Positions 9,628-19,993 are shown, counted from the first letter of the stretch. The stretch is DNA of 64,000 nucleotides from an uncultured delta proteobacterium (GCA_963804165.1 CAWDPO010000024.1:174098-238097), one strand, 5' to 3'. Numbers and translations: made by a program. Notes: generated by a model not told the origin, from the sequence alone.

Positions 9628-10662
9628 ATGTTTATGAAAGACGCATTAGCATGGAAACCGCTGACCGTGCTCGCCAACCGACACCGCGTGAATCGGCATA
9701 GCTTTACGTCCGTGCTATTACTGTTGTCATTTCTTTTTGCGCCGCTCCATTTGAACGCCGTCGAGAAAGTGACCATCGCGCATTCCGTTCAACTCTCGGC
9801 GACGATCGCGCCATTGCTTTACGGCATTCATCGCGGATTCTTCAGAGACGAGAATATCGAACTGGAATATCGGATGTTGCGGACCGACATCGGGGTCAAA
9901 GCAATAATAAACAATGAGATTGATTATCTTTACAGTGCTGGGACAGCCATTCGGGCTTCCATTAGAGGCTTGCCTATCCGCGCTCTTTCTTACGATTTGG
10001 AGAGGCTGCCGCATTTTCTAATGGGTCGACCTGGCGTTAAATCGGCCAATGACCTGCGCGGGAAGATCATTGGCGTGAGTTCCTTTGGCGCATCGGGTGA
10101 CGTGGCGGCGCGAGCTTGTCTGCGATCCATGGGCATCGACGTAAAGAAGGACGTCACAATCGTTTCTATGGGCTCCGATGCGGTCCGCTACAATGCCATC
10201 AAGGCCGGATCGGTCGAAGCCATCATCGTGCCCCTACCGCGCAACATTCAGTTGAAGAAAGAAGGTTTCGGCGAACTGTGTTACGCCGGGCGTATATTCA
10301 AGGGAGCGGTTTCCGGCGTGGTTGCAACGATGGATCGTATCCGCAATAAGCCGGACCAAGCCAGGGCGGTACTCCGAGGCATGTTGAAAACTTCAAGGTC
10401 ATTGAAAAAAGACCGAGGTGATTTTGTCGATTTCTTGGTTTCGCGCGTAAAGCTTGAACGCGATGTGGCCGAGGAGACCGCCACGGTGATGATCGACGGT
10501 CAGACCAAGAACGGGATTATCGAGGACAATGATCTCCAGGTCGTAATCGACGCTGAGCGCCAGATAATGCAAGTGGACAAACCGGTCAAAGTCTCCGATG
10601 TCGCCGACTATAGCTTGCTTCGGGAGATACTCAGCAAGGAAGAGAAAACTTCTCCCCGCTGA
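9628..10662 (+). CDS. ABC substrate-binding protein, NMT1/SsuA/TauA family
   Basis: Signal peptide, GFFRDENIELE, DLRGKIIGVSSFG and ADYSLLRE. Confidence 0.85.
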   Translation: MFMKDALAWKPLTVLANRHRVNRHSFTSVLLLLSFLFAPLHLNAVEKVTIAHSVQLSATIAPLLYGIHRGFFRDENIELEYRMLRTDIGVKAIINNEIDYLYSAGTAIRASIRGLPIRALSYDLERLPHFLMGRPGVKSANDLRGKIIGVSSFGASGDVAARACLRSMGIDVKKDVTIVSMGSDAVRYNAIKAGSVEAIIVPLPRNIQLKKEGFGELCYAGRIFKGAVSGVVATMDRIRNKPDQARAVLRGMLKTSRSLKKDRGDFVDFLVSRVKLERDVAEETATVMIDGQTKNGIIEDNDLQVVIDAERQIMQVDKPVKVSDVADYSLLREILSKEEKTSPR

Positions 10663-10675
10663 CTTTGAGAAAGAT

Positions 10676-11407
10676 CTAGACTGCTCTCAGAGTATGGCCC
10701 ACCGCTGCACGATAGGCGGCGTCTACTTTGTAAGACGCCGCGGCGCCTTCGAGGGCGGTACGAACGGCAAATTCGTCTGTGATATGCGGAACGATTGCAT
10801 CCCAAATAGCATCCGCGTGATCGACGTCCGCTTCCACGTGGACATTGGTTGAAGCGAGCCGTTCGCGCTCTATTCCAGCCTCGTTAACCAATTTCTCACG
10901 CCATCTTCGCGAAATCCCCCCACCAGGAACAATGCGATCACTATTCCTGCGCTCGAGCGCGTGAAATGCCGTCAGCACGCTTAACCAGGGAAAGGTCGCG
11001 GCGATATGCAGCCAACCATAGAATGCCGACACGATCAGTGGCGGCAAATCATACCCTTTAACATCATCCTCGGTAGCCCCGAAAGCACGGGCTTCACTTA
11101 GTTGTAGAGTTTGATGATCTGCGCCGCCCCGCAGGTCAAACGAAAGCTCATCCTTCTCATGCTCCCAAATAGTTTTTTTGACGCTGTAAGGGCACCGCGC
11201 CTGCACATATGCCCAACAATCTCGGCGGTTGATACCATAATAGACGGTGAGAATCGCATGAATCCGCGCGCGTTCACGGGTTAGCGGCGTCGAAAACATC
11301 AGCTTGAACTCGGGCGTGTCATATTGCGCGATCGCCATTTTGGTGAGTTGCCGATTCAAGTGATCAACAAAATCGTTGCGGCCGTCGCTTGTATTCGCAC
11401 CAGACAT
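10676..11407 (-). CDS. heme-oxygenase-like di-iron oxidase (PqqC/CADD/TenA superfamily)
   Basis: True start is probably the ATG at 11407 after GGAGGAG. Ligand pattern HEKDE...DH...LE...HVEADVDH. Confidence 0.7.
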   Translation of the reverse strand: MSGANTSDGRNDFVDHLNRQLTKMAIAQYDTPEFKLMFSTPLTRERARIHAILTVYYGINRRDCWAYVQARCPYSVKKTIWEHEKDELSFDLRGGADHQTLQLSEARAFGATEDDVKGYDLPPLIVSAFYGWLHIAATFPWLSVLTAFHALERRNSDRIVPGGGISRRWREKLVNEAGIERERLASTNVHVEADVDHADAIWDAIVPHITDEFAVRTALEGAAASYKVDAAYRAAVGHTLRAV

Positions 11408-11763
11408 GATCGTTCTCCTCCGAAGATCCTTCAATGACCATGGATAACACTCGCTAATTTGGCAAGTCAATGTGTGCGCTTCGTTTCCATCGCGCAGGTG
11501 TGTCAGCGCTCGCGCATTTTTCCACATGAAGAAAGCGAGTGCCAAACGAGTGTTTCGAACTGATTGAGCAACGCAGCGTGAATTGCACGAGCAACAACAT
11601 CCAAGAGCGAACAATGAAGAATTCGTCGCGCCGAAAGATATGCAGGCGGAGCATTGTGCTGTGCTGACAATCAGCACTTGACTCTGTCGTTACTTCCACG
11701 TACGAGATTTGCGGTGATCGGCGGACCAGCGTCTATGCCGATGGAAGGAGCTCTCAAACATAA

Positions 11764-12756
11764 ATGAAGCGGCACAAACAATTGATCGCTCAAAAAATCT
11801 CGAATATTTCTGCTCTACTGATCGTTTTTATTCTTAGTTCTATTCGACCAGCTCCGGCAGAAGTCGACTTTCCCATCGGCTATGTGTCGCGCGGCGGCAC
11901 CTATGCCTTCATCAGTCTTATCGAGCAACACAAACTGCTTGAACAGGAAGGTATCCGGCCCACTTTTGTCTACATTGGCGGGCCACAGGTATCGCAAGCG
12001 CTCATCTCAGGCGATATTCGCATGGCCATCGTCGCCGCGGCGAGCCCTATTCGCGCCGCGGCTCACGGTGCTGACCTGCGATTCGTCGGCGGAGTGACAG
12101 ATAAGGAAGTGGCCTCCTTTGTCGCCGCGCCAAATATCAAGACTCCTGCGGAGTTGAAAGGCACACGTTTGGCCATCGATCGCTTTGGCGACTATAGTGA
12201 TTTCCGCGCGCGCAAAGTTTTGGAGATGTTTGGCCTGCAGGCGCAAAAAGATGTAACGCTCTTGCAGATCGGCGCGCAGACGGCCCGTTTCGCCGCGCTT
12301 AGAAGCAATAACGTCCAGTCGACCTTTGTCGTGCCGCCCCTCACACTGGTGGCGCGAAAGGCAGGTTTACGCGAACTCGCAGATCTCGGCGAACTTGGGT
12401 TTCCCTCATCGTCGGGAGCATTCGTCGTCATGCAATCGACCGTGGAAAAAAATCCCAAAGAGATTTATGGCGTGCTGCGCGCATTTGTCAAAGCCATCCG
12501 CTTATACAAGGCGGACAAAGAGCAGGCGCTCGGCGCCATCGCTCGTTTCATGAAATTGAACGACCGCGAAGCGTTGGAAGAAACCTGGCGCATGAACGCC
12601 AAAGTGCTTAAGGATATTCCATCTCCGCCGTTGGCCGGCATCCGGGTCGTCAGAGATTTCTTGGCCCAGACCGATCCAGAGGTCAAGAAGATGAATCTCG
12701 AGTCCTTCATCACCACCCAGTTTACCGACCGCCTGCAGAGAGAAGGCGTGAAGTGA
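11764..12756 (+). CDS. ABC substrate-binding protein, NMT1/SsuA family
   Basis: Signal peptide, ALISGDI, ELKGTRLAIDRFG and ARFAALRS. Confidence 0.85.
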   Translation: MKRHKQLIAQKISNISALLIVFILSSIRPAPAEVDFPIGYVSRGGTYAFISLIEQHKLLEQEGIRPTFVYIGGPQVSQALISGDIRMAIVAAASPIRAAAHGADLRFVGGVTDKEVASFVAAPNIKTPAELKGTRLAIDRFGDYSDFRARKVLEMFGLQAQKDVTLLQIGAQTARFAALRSNNVQSTFVVPPLTLVARKAGLRELADLGELGFPSSSGAFVVMQSTVEKNPKEIYGVLRAFVKAIRLYKADKEQALGAIARFMKLNDREALEETWRMNAKVLKDIPSPPLAGIRVVRDFLAQTDPEVKKMNLESFITTQFTDRLQREGVK

Positions 12757-13748
12757 ACCGAAGAAACAGCATCGGCGGCGGGAAAAATCTCGTTCTGTTG
12801 CTCGGCGTTCTATCATTTACACTCACGACAAACTCCGAATGCAGTGCGGCGGAAAAGCCGTTGCAGAAAGTGCGCGCCGGCTACGTTAGCCCGAGCACGG
12901 ATAACGTCTTATTGCCCATCGCGCAAAAACGCGGCTTGCTTGCGCAGCATGGAATCGAAGTCGAGATTATCGCTCTACGCGGCGGTGTGCAGATGGCGCA
13001 GGCGTTGCTTAGCGACAGCTTACAGTTCGCGCAAATGGCAGGCTCCGTGGTGGTCCGCTCGGTTTTGGCCGGTAGCGATCTGGTCATGATCGCCGGTTTC
13101 GTTAATCGGATCAGTTACCTCATGGTGTCACGGCCTGGCATCAACAGCATGAAAGATTTGACCGGCAAGAAAATCGCCACGGCATCCATCGGCGGTTCAG
13201 TGGACTCCGTCCTGCGGCTCGGCCTAAGAGCTTCTGGGATCGATCCGCAGCATGCAACCCTGTTGCCCGCCGGACCGCCAAACGCGCGAATTGCCGCTCT
13301 GGCCAGCGGTCAAATGGATGCGACGATAGTGTTGCCGGAAAATCTCGGCGTTGCTGAAAAAGCCGGGCTCAAAGTTCTCAAAGATCTTTCAGAGGTCGAC
13401 CTACAGATTCAACACACGGGTCTGGTCGTCAGACGGAGCTTGATCAAGGAAAATCGCCATCTCGTAAAGTCGTTCCTCGCCGCGATCGCCGAGGCGATCA
13501 ATTTTTATCGTGACAACGAGCGCGAGACCATCGAAATCATGGGCGCATTTGCCGGCACTAAAGACGCCGGCCCGTTGCGGGACAGTTATCGGTTTCATAA
13601 ACGGCTTTTTCAGCAGCCGCCCTATCCCTCCGCGGAGGGATTCAAAACCGTGCTCGCCGAGATTCGCGATCCGGCGATCGATGAAAAGAAGATTCGTAGC
13701 GAGCAATTCTTTGATAGGACATTACTCGACGAACTTAGAGCGAAATAA
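12753..13748 (+). CDS. ABC substrate-binding protein, NMT1/SsuA family
   Basis: GTGA overlap with the previous gene; DLTGKKIAT, ARIAALASGQMDA and PPYPS. Confidence 0.85.
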   Translation: MNRRNSIGGGKNLVLLLGVLSFTLTTNSECSAAEKPLQKVRAGYVSPSTDNVLLPIAQKRGLLAQHGIEVEIIALRGGVQMAQALLSDSLQFAQMAGSVVVRSVLAGSDLVMIAGFVNRISYLMVSRPGINSMKDLTGKKIATASIGGSVDSVLRLGLRASGIDPQHATLLPAGPPNARIAALASGQMDATIVLPENLGVAEKAGLKVLKDLSEVDLQIQHTGLVVRRSLIKENRHLVKSFLAAIAEAINFYRDNERETIEIMGAFAGTKDAGPLRDSYRFHKRLFQQPPYPSAEGFKTVLAEIRDPAIDEKKIRSEQFFDRTLLDELRAK

Positions 13749-13817
13749 GGGGCAGTCAGGCTAAATCGCGATGACGAACAGGTCAGCGCGTTACCAAGGC
13801 GAATTTTTGAGGACACG

Positions 13818-14765
13818 ATGATGCATTCAAAGAGTCATTACTTCGGTCTTGTTCTCGCTCTCCTGGTTTTGTCCGTGCAATCTCTCCATGCTAAGGACAT
13901 CGTCATCGCGACGTCGTCAATGACTTTGACCAGCATTCCCTATCTTGTCGCGATTGAAAAAAAATACTTTGAAAAGGAAGGACTCGCCGCGCAATATGTC
14001 GTAATGCGTTCGGACCTCGCCGTAAAGGGATTGATTACCGGCGACGTCGACTACAATCAAAGCGTATCAAGTGTTCTACGTGCCGGCGTTGCCGGTGCTC
14101 CCTTAATCACCGTTGCCGGAATTTATAACCGAACTTTCTTCGAATTAATTGCCCGGCGTGACATCAAATCGCTCGCCGAACTGAAAGGGAAGACAGTCGG
14201 GATCAGTCGTTACGGCGCCTCTACGGAGTACGCCCTACGATTCGGGCTCAAGGCCAACGGGATCGATCCTGACAAGCAGATCAAGATGCTGGCAGTGGGC
14301 GAAGATGCCGCTAGAATAGCCGGACTGCAGAACGGAACGCTGGCAGCCATCGTATCGCAGGTGCCGGCGAATTTTTTTGCGCACAAAGTCGGCGGCCATA
14401 CGCTCCTTCCTTTGGGTGAGTATATGGAGACCCTGCTGGCGGGCGTGGGTGTCGGCCAAAAAAAATTGGAGCAAAACCGCGATGAAGCTAAACGAGTAAT
14501 TCGTGCGCTGCTTCGCGCCATGGATTTCATGCAGGCTCAACCTGTTGAAGTAAAAACCCTGATCCAGAAACGACTCGGTGTATCCGAGATGATTATAGTG
14601 GATCATATCTATGGTCTGATAACGAAATATGCCACGCGCAATGGCATTCCTTCACAGAAAGCGATCGAGAACACGCTTTTGGGAACGCCCTTCGAGGGCA
14701 AGGTAACAAACTTTGATAAGCTGGTCGATTTCTCGATGGCGCGGGAAGTCGCGGAAGGAAAATAG
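13818..14765 (+). CDS. ABC substrate-binding protein, NMT1/SsuA family
   Basis: Signal peptide, YFEKEGL, ELKGKTVGISRYG and VDFSMARE. Confidence 0.85.
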   Translation: MMHSKSHYFGLVLALLVLSVQSLHAKDIVIATSSMTLTSIPYLVAIEKKYFEKEGLAAQYVVMRSDLAVKGLITGDVDYNQSVSSVLRAGVAGAPLITVAGIYNRTFFELIARRDIKSLAELKGKTVGISRYGASTEYALRFGLKANGIDPDKQIKMLAVGEDAARIAGLQNGTLAAIVSQVPANFFAHKVGGHTLLPLGEYMETLLAGVGVGQKKLEQNRDEAKRVIRALLRAMDFMQAQPVEVKTLIQKRLGVSEMIIVDHIYGLITKYATRNGIPSQKAIENTLLGTPFEGKVTNFDKLVDFSMAREVAEGK

Positions 14766-14850
14766 CAGGTACGGGCAAGACCACGAAAGTGATTCATGAG
14801 CTTATACGCCCATAGGTAATGAAAACACGGTCACGCTGGACGGGCCACAC

Positions 14851-14929
14851 ATGTCATGCTGAGCGCCAGCGAAGCATCTGCTTTTCGAACAGAGAAAGCA
14901 GATTCTTCGGCTTCGCCTCAGAATGACAT
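14851..14929. repeat. palindromic REP-like element
   Basis: atgtcatgctgag...gaagcatctgctttt...aaagcagattcttc...ctcagaatgacat forms a long imperfect hairpin. Confidence 0.7.
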
Positions 14930-15027
14930 TCTGAGTAAGGGAAGGTTCTTCAGATCGTCCCGCAGTCGCCCTAACCTCAATCTACGAAGGAGCCGGCAAG
15001 GTAGATAGAAGCGAACCTAAGGGTGAG

Positions 15028-16446
15028 ATGATGGAGATTGGGCAGGAAGAGGCAGATGTCGTCATCGTCGGCTACGGCGGAGCAGGCGCGGCGGCCGCTA
15101 TTTCTGCTCACGATGCCGGCGTGTCTGTCATTGTCCTGGAGAAGGACTCCGGCGGCGGGAATACCCGCTTGGCCACCAACGCTTTTCTCTGCCCGATCAA
15201 CAACGCGAACGCTAAGGAACATTTGCGCGCTCTCTCTTCCGGAACCGTCACCGACGCAATTATCGATGCCTTTTTGGAATGGAGCTCGAAGAATGCCGAG
15301 TTCATAGAGGAGCTCGGCGGCGGCGTGGAGCGGGTCACTCCCGGTCCAACTTTCCCCAAGCTACTCGGCTCGGAGGCGATGACCCGCTACAGAGTGAAAG
15401 GTCCTCCAGGCGAGCGCGGCGGCGTTTCGCTTTGGAATCTACTTTCCAAGAACGTTCAACAAAGGAAGATCCGTGTCTGCCAGCAAAGCCCGGTGAAAAA
15501 ACTGCTGCGATCCGGAGACGAAGTTGTCGAGGTAGAAGCAGAAATAGAAGGACAATGCTTGCGAATCCGCGCAAAGAAGGCAGTGGTTTTGGCGACCGGG
15601 GGATTTGAGTTCAACGAGGACATGAAGAGAGAATATCTTTTGGGCTATCCCATCTATGCCTATGGACATAACGGAAATCGGGGAGATGGCATCAAGCTGG
15701 CGCAGGATCTTGGCGCGGATCTTTGGCACATGAAGTCGGTAGCGGCGCCCATGGGATATAAATTTCCCGAATACGAAGCGGCGTTCACTATGCAAATGCC
15801 GGCGAACGGCTATATCATCGTCGATCAGCACGGATGCAGGTTCTGCAATGAAACCGGTCTCGAGCATTACAGCATGTGGATGGAAGCGACTCGCCTTGAT
15901 ATGGAAACCCTTGGGTTTTCCCGAATTCCTTCCTATCTCATTTTCGATGATCGAACCCGTCTTTCCGGACCGATCACGCAGTTAGGCCATGGGGCCAACC
16001 GAGATTACAACTGGAGCGCCGACAATTCAGAGGAGCTTAGGCGCGGATGGATAACGAGTGGAAAGAGCGGCGAGCAGTTGGCGGTTGGGCTGGGAATAAA
16101 TTCTCCGGACCAATTGTCCAGAACTTTGAGCGCGTATCAGGCGTTCTGTAAGAAAGGGAAGGACGAGGAGTTTGCCCGATCCAGAGAAACCTTAATTGAG
16201 CTTCGCGGAGATTTATACGGAGTGCCTTTATGGCCGTGTTTGTTGAACACCCAAGGAGGGCCCAAGAGAAATAACCGAGGACAAATCCTGGACGTGTGGG
16301 GCCAACCAATAAAGCGGCTCTACGGCGCGGGTGAGTTGGGTTCCATTTGGGGATTTTTGTACCAGAGCGGCGGGAATCTCTGCGAGTGCCTGGCTTCAGG
16401 CCGAATGGCTGGATTCAATGCGGCGCATGAACCGCTTCAGTCTTGA
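15028..16446 (+). CDS. FAD-dependent oxidoreductase (fumarate reductase / 3-ketosteroid dehydrogenase flavoprotein family)
   Basis: DVVIVGYGGAGAAAA, VVLATGGFE, GDGIKLAQDLGA, NTQGGP and RLYGAGELG. Confidence 0.85.
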   Translation: MMEIGQEEADVVIVGYGGAGAAAAISAHDAGVSVIVLEKDSGGGNTRLATNAFLCPINNANAKEHLRALSSGTVTDAIIDAFLEWSSKNAEFIEELGGGVERVTPGPTFPKLLGSEAMTRYRVKGPPGERGGVSLWNLLSKNVQQRKIRVCQQSPVKKLLRSGDEVVEVEAEIEGQCLRIRAKKAVVLATGGFEFNEDMKREYLLGYPIYAYGHNGNRGDGIKLAQDLGADLWHMKSVAAPMGYKFPEYEAAFTMQMPANGYIIVDQHGCRFCNETGLEHYSMWMEATRLDMETLGFSRIPSYLIFDDRTRLSGPITQLGHGANRDYNWSADNSEELRRGWITSGKSGEQLAVGLGINSPDQLSRTLSAYQAFCKKGKDEEFARSRETLIELRGDLYGVPLWPCLLNTQGGPKRNNRGQILDVWGQPIKRLYGAGELGSIWGFLYQSGGNLCECLASGRMAGFNAAHEPLQS

Positions 16447-16558
16447 ATGCCAATCTGTCGGAGCTATTTGACACTATCGACGCAGCCAGAATATACCTGG
16501 TGCTCAAACTTGTTCCGACGGGCAACACACTGCTTGGGAAGAAGGGAGCCGGCAAACA

Positions 16559-17602
16559 GTGCCTATAAAAAAATATCCTCTAGAGGCCCGCCGGACGCCA
16601 AATTTCCGGCGCCTTTTTTTATTTGCAGCGTTAAGCCTCTTCCTCAGGGTCCCTGCTTGGCCGCAAGAATACAAGCCAAGCGAGGCCGCCAGAAAAGACG
16701 GCAAAGTGGTCGTGTATGGCTCACTCGAAGACGAGCAGTTCACACGCATCAAGAACAACTTTGAAAAGAAAACTGGAATCACGATCGACTACTGGAGAGC
16801 GTCCAATGCAAAAATCCTGGACCGGGCAATCACCGAACATCGGGCCCGAAAGCCGCTCTTTGACGTGATACTGAACAATGAAGACCCGATGCAAATCATG
16901 CTTCAAGAGGGAATCCTTGCCAAATTTGATTCTCCATCGATCAAGAATTTTTCCAAAGACACGATTCACCCTGAGCTGGGCGTGAGGTATCGCAATGTAA
17001 TTATCGGCATCGTTTACAACAACGAAGTCGTCAAGCCTGCGGAAGCTCCCAGATCGCTCGATGATCTGGTTAAACCTCAATACAGAGGAAAGTTGGTGAT
17101 GCCTGATCCGACACAACATTCTCTCACGACGCAGTGGCTCGCCAGCCTGCACAGGATCATGGGAAAAGACAAGGCGGACAGGTTCATACGCGATCTGGCT
17201 GCAGCCAGGCCGGCCCTGGTGGAATCCGTCAGTCCCGCGGCGGACCGCGTCGTCTCCGGGGAAACGCCGATCGCTATTGCGTTCGTGAAGTTTGCCTTTG
17301 AATACGGCAGAAAGGGTGCGCCCATCGACTATGTGCGTCTAGGCAAGATGCTGGGTGACGGCCATTATGTCGCCCTTAGCGCCAAGGCGGCGCGTCCGGA
17401 TGCGGCCAAAGCTTTTGTCGACTTCTTCCTTGGGGAAGAGAGCATGAAAATCATGGCTGAGATGGGCGAGTTCGTAAGCCGAAAAGGAATTTACCCGCCG
17501 CTGAAAGACGCAGACAAGATTGAATTCGTGCCAATGGATCATCTCGGGACCAAAGGTTTTGCGGAAAAAAAGCAAGAGTACAGGAAGCTCTTTCTCCAGT
17601 AA
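16559..17602 (+). CDS. ABC substrate-binding protein, iron/thiamine/AfuA-type family
   Basis: ARKDGKVVVYGS, YNNEVVKP..PRSLDDL..PQYRGK and VVSGE. TTGACA-18-TATACC lies upstream at 16468-16497. Confidence 0.8.
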   Translation: MPIKKYPLEARRTPNFRRLFLFAALSLFLRVPAWPQEYKPSEAARKDGKVVVYGSLEDEQFTRIKNNFEKKTGITIDYWRASNAKILDRAITEHRARKPLFDVILNNEDPMQIMLQEGILAKFDSPSIKNFSKDTIHPELGVRYRNVIIGIVYNNEVVKPAEAPRSLDDLVKPQYRGKLVMPDPTQHSLTTQWLASLHRIMGKDKADRFIRDLAAARPALVESVSPAADRVVSGETPIAIAFVKFAFEYGRKGAPIDYVRLGKMLGDGHYVALSAKAARPDAAKAFVDFFLGEESMKIMAEMGEFVSRKGIYPPLKDADKIEFVPMDHLGTKGFAEKKQEYRKLFLQ

Positions 17603-17669
17603 AAGCAGCCTGGAGCCCGGCGATAGGATCACAATCCCGGCACTATGAGGTCTTCCCAGAGGAAGCGAA

Positions 17670-18308
17670 ATGACCGACACACGAAACCCAACCAATGGGA
17701 AAAGCCAACGGGTTCGAAGGCAGGATATCCTCGTCCAATTGGGAACGTTTCTCAACGATCGTGACATACTGGTCGCGGCGCTCGCCGGCACGACCAATGA
17801 GTGTTTTCATACTTTGCACCGTCCAGGAAACCTCTATCTAGTCGGCATGGGCATGGTGACGCCGGTGGCCTTTGGGCTCGCGAAAGCTCTTCCCAACCGA
17901 CGAATCGTCGCTCTGGACACCGACGGCGGCCTGCTGCTCGCGCCGAGTATTCTTCCGGTGGTCAGCACCTACAAGCCGAACAATCTTTGCATTGTGGTAT
18001 TCGACAACGAGCAATTGTACGGCAGCCGCGGTGGGCCGTCGAGCCAAACCGCCCACGGCTCCGATCTGGCCGGCATTGCCACGGCCGCCGGAATCGGCAT
18101 GAGTTCGACGGTCGAGACCGTCGATGGGTTCGCCGCTGAGTTCTCGCGATTCACATCGGAGCGCGGACCGGCGCTGATTGTTTGCAAGATAGAGCCGATA
18201 TACGTCCGCGGCGAGGGGCCGAACTTCAACGGGCAGGAAAACAAGTTCCGTCTGGTTCGTTTCATCGAAGAAAGCGAAGGAATCAAGATATTGGAGGGAT
18301 CGAAGTAA
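17670..18308 (+). CDS. TPP-binding subunit, sulfopyruvate/phosphonopyruvate decarboxylase beta (ComE-like)
   Basis: NLYLVGMGMVTP, ALDTDGGLLL (variant of GDG) and VFDNEQ. Confidence 0.7.
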   Translation: MTDTRNPTNGKSQRVRRQDILVQLGTFLNDRDILVAALAGTTNECFHTLHRPGNLYLVGMGMVTPVAFGLAKALPNRRIVALDTDGGLLLAPSILPVVSTYKPNNLCIVVFDNEQLYGSRGGPSSQTAHGSDLAGIATAAGIGMSSTVETVDGFAAEFSRFTSERGPALIVCKIEPIYVRGEGPNFNGQENKFRLVRFIEESEGIKILEGSK

Positions 18309-18373
18309 CCGTCGGCTATTCTTCGACGCTGTCGATATCTGCTCATTGTTCGGCAAATCATCAAAGGAGCGAA

Positions 18374-18874
18374 ATGAAAAACGAAGCCGCGAAGGAAGCT
18401 CTCGACGCGCTCATCCAATCGGGTATCGACTTCGCCGCGTGCATGCCGGATTCGGCGTTCAAAGAGCTCTACGAGCCGTTGAGCGCAGAGTCAAAAATCG
18501 AATATGTCCAGGTCGCCAATGAAGGCGACGGCGTGGGCATCTGCATGGGCGCCTGGCTGGGCGGCAAGAAGCCGGCGCTGCTTATGGAGAACACCGGTTT
18601 TGGAGTGACCACCTACGCCCTGATGCGCGGCCCGGTCCCCTTCGGCGTCCCGATGCTGTTGCTGATCGCTCATCGCGGCGGCTTTCACGACCAGCGCTGG
18701 TTTTCGGTGCCCTTCGGTTGGGGAACGGAGCCTTTACTCGATGCCATGAGAATCAGTTACGAAACGGTGGTGAGGACGGAGGACGTTCGCGCCGCTGTAA
18801 CCGGTGCGGTGAAATCGATGAACTCCATGCAAGCTCCGGTGGCCGTGCTTCTCGCCGGCGGGACCCTATTTTGA
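18374..18874 (+). CDS. TPP enzyme N-terminal (Pyr) subunit, ComD-like
   Basis: RBS AAGGAG and ATG at 18374; GIDFAACMPDS, ANEGDGVGICMGAWLGGKKP and LLIAHRG. Confidence 0.75.
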   Translation: MKNEAAKEALDALIQSGIDFAACMPDSAFKELYEPLSAESKIEYVQVANEGDGVGICMGAWLGGKKPALLMENTGFGVTTYALMRGPVPFGVPMLLLIAHRGGFHDQRWFSVPFGWGTEPLLDAMRISYETVVRTEDVRAAVTGAVKSMNSMQAPVAVLLAGGTLF

Positions 18875-18940
18875 CACATCGCGGAAGGAAGCCGCACAGG
18901 GAAAATTTCCCGCGCCGCCGCGATGAAGGAGAAATGACTT

Positions 18941-19786
18941 ATGATGGCCTATCCTTACGACGATGCGCGGATAATTGTGGCGCTGCAGATCGACCACTCG
19001 CGGGTGGCAGGCTACTTCGCGGCTCATTGGGGCAACCGACACTTCGATCGGCCCGAGCCTTATTCCTCCGTCGTATTGGCCGCCACCGAACACGACATCG
19101 GCTGGTGGGAGTGGGAAATGAAACCGTCGACGCTCAACGACAAGGGGTTTCCTCTCGACTATCACGACGGCAGCCTCAAATATCTCGGGCAACTCCGGCT
19201 CGATTTCTATAAAAACTCGGTGGACCGCGTGCTCACCCGCGACCCCTACGCAGGGATGTTGATGGCGATGCACGGCGTCGCGCTGATGAACGCCGGCTAT
19301 GGCAAATATGCTTATCCACCTGACCGCACTTCAGACCCGCGGGTGAAGGCGTATGTCGATCATCAGGAGGAGCTGCGTCTAAGACTGCTCGAACAGCTGC
19401 GCCAATCCGAACAGTTTAAGCAGCATTGTTCAGACGAGCATATATGGACCAACTACGAGTACATGGAGGTCTTCGATCAGTTGGCGCAGTTTGTCTGCAA
19501 TCGTTATCCATTGAATAGCAAGGCGCGCAAACTCGGCCCGACCCATTCGTTGAACGACGTCGCTATACCGACGAAGCACGGCCAGCCGGCGGTGAAAATC
19601 GATATCGACACAGTCGGTGAAAACAAAGCTGTCCTGCGTCCCTATCCTTTTGATATCGATCCGCTACCGGTCTCATTTGCCGCGCGTCTGGTGCCGAACC
19701 GGACGTACAAAGACGGCGAAGACTTTCTCGGCGAATTTTACCGCGCCGAGCGCATCACCGTGAATCACACGCTGGCGTCGGCGTGA
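18941..19786 (+). CDS. DUF3891 family protein (HD-like)
   Basis: QIDHSRVAG..AAHWGN..F, EHDIGWWEWE, DPYAG..MAMH, FDQLA and PYPFD. Confidence 0.75.
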   Translation: MMAYPYDDARIIVALQIDHSRVAGYFAAHWGNRHFDRPEPYSSVVLAATEHDIGWWEWEMKPSTLNDKGFPLDYHDGSLKYLGQLRLDFYKNSVDRVLTRDPYAGMLMAMHGVALMNAGYGKYAYPPDRTSDPRVKAYVDHQEELRLRLLEQLRQSEQFKQHCSDEHIWTNYEYMEVFDQLAQFVCNRYPLNSKARKLGPTHSLNDVAIPTKHGQPAVKIDIDTVGENKAVLRPYPFDIDPLPVSFAARLVPNRTYKDGEDFLGEFYRAERITVNHTLASA

Positions 19787-19866
19787 TTCCGATCAACGAG
19801 ACCGAAACTAAAACGTTCGGACATGGCACATTAGCCGACAGCTCCATTCCGTCGTTCCGGCTCTGA

Positions 19867-19993
19867 TCCTCCCCCTCGACGGGGGAGGACAAAGAGCCTG
19901 CCCCGGACTTGATCCGGGGTGGGGTGCTCAATTATTTCAATAGCGTGCATAGCACCCCCATCTGAATCTTCCCCCGTCAAGGGGGAAGAAGGA
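19867..19993. repeat. palindromic REP-like element with nested hairpin
   Basis: cctccccctcgacgggggagg ... cttcccccgtcaagggggaag, with an internal ccccggacttgatccgggg. Confidence 0.65.

Noticed and set aside
11408-11677. Long N-terminal extension of ORF 10676..11677 (likewise 22924, 52387, 54281, 59638)
   Set aside because: Better starts with RBS and family-typical N-termini lie downstream; the extensions overlap promoters or neighbouring genes.
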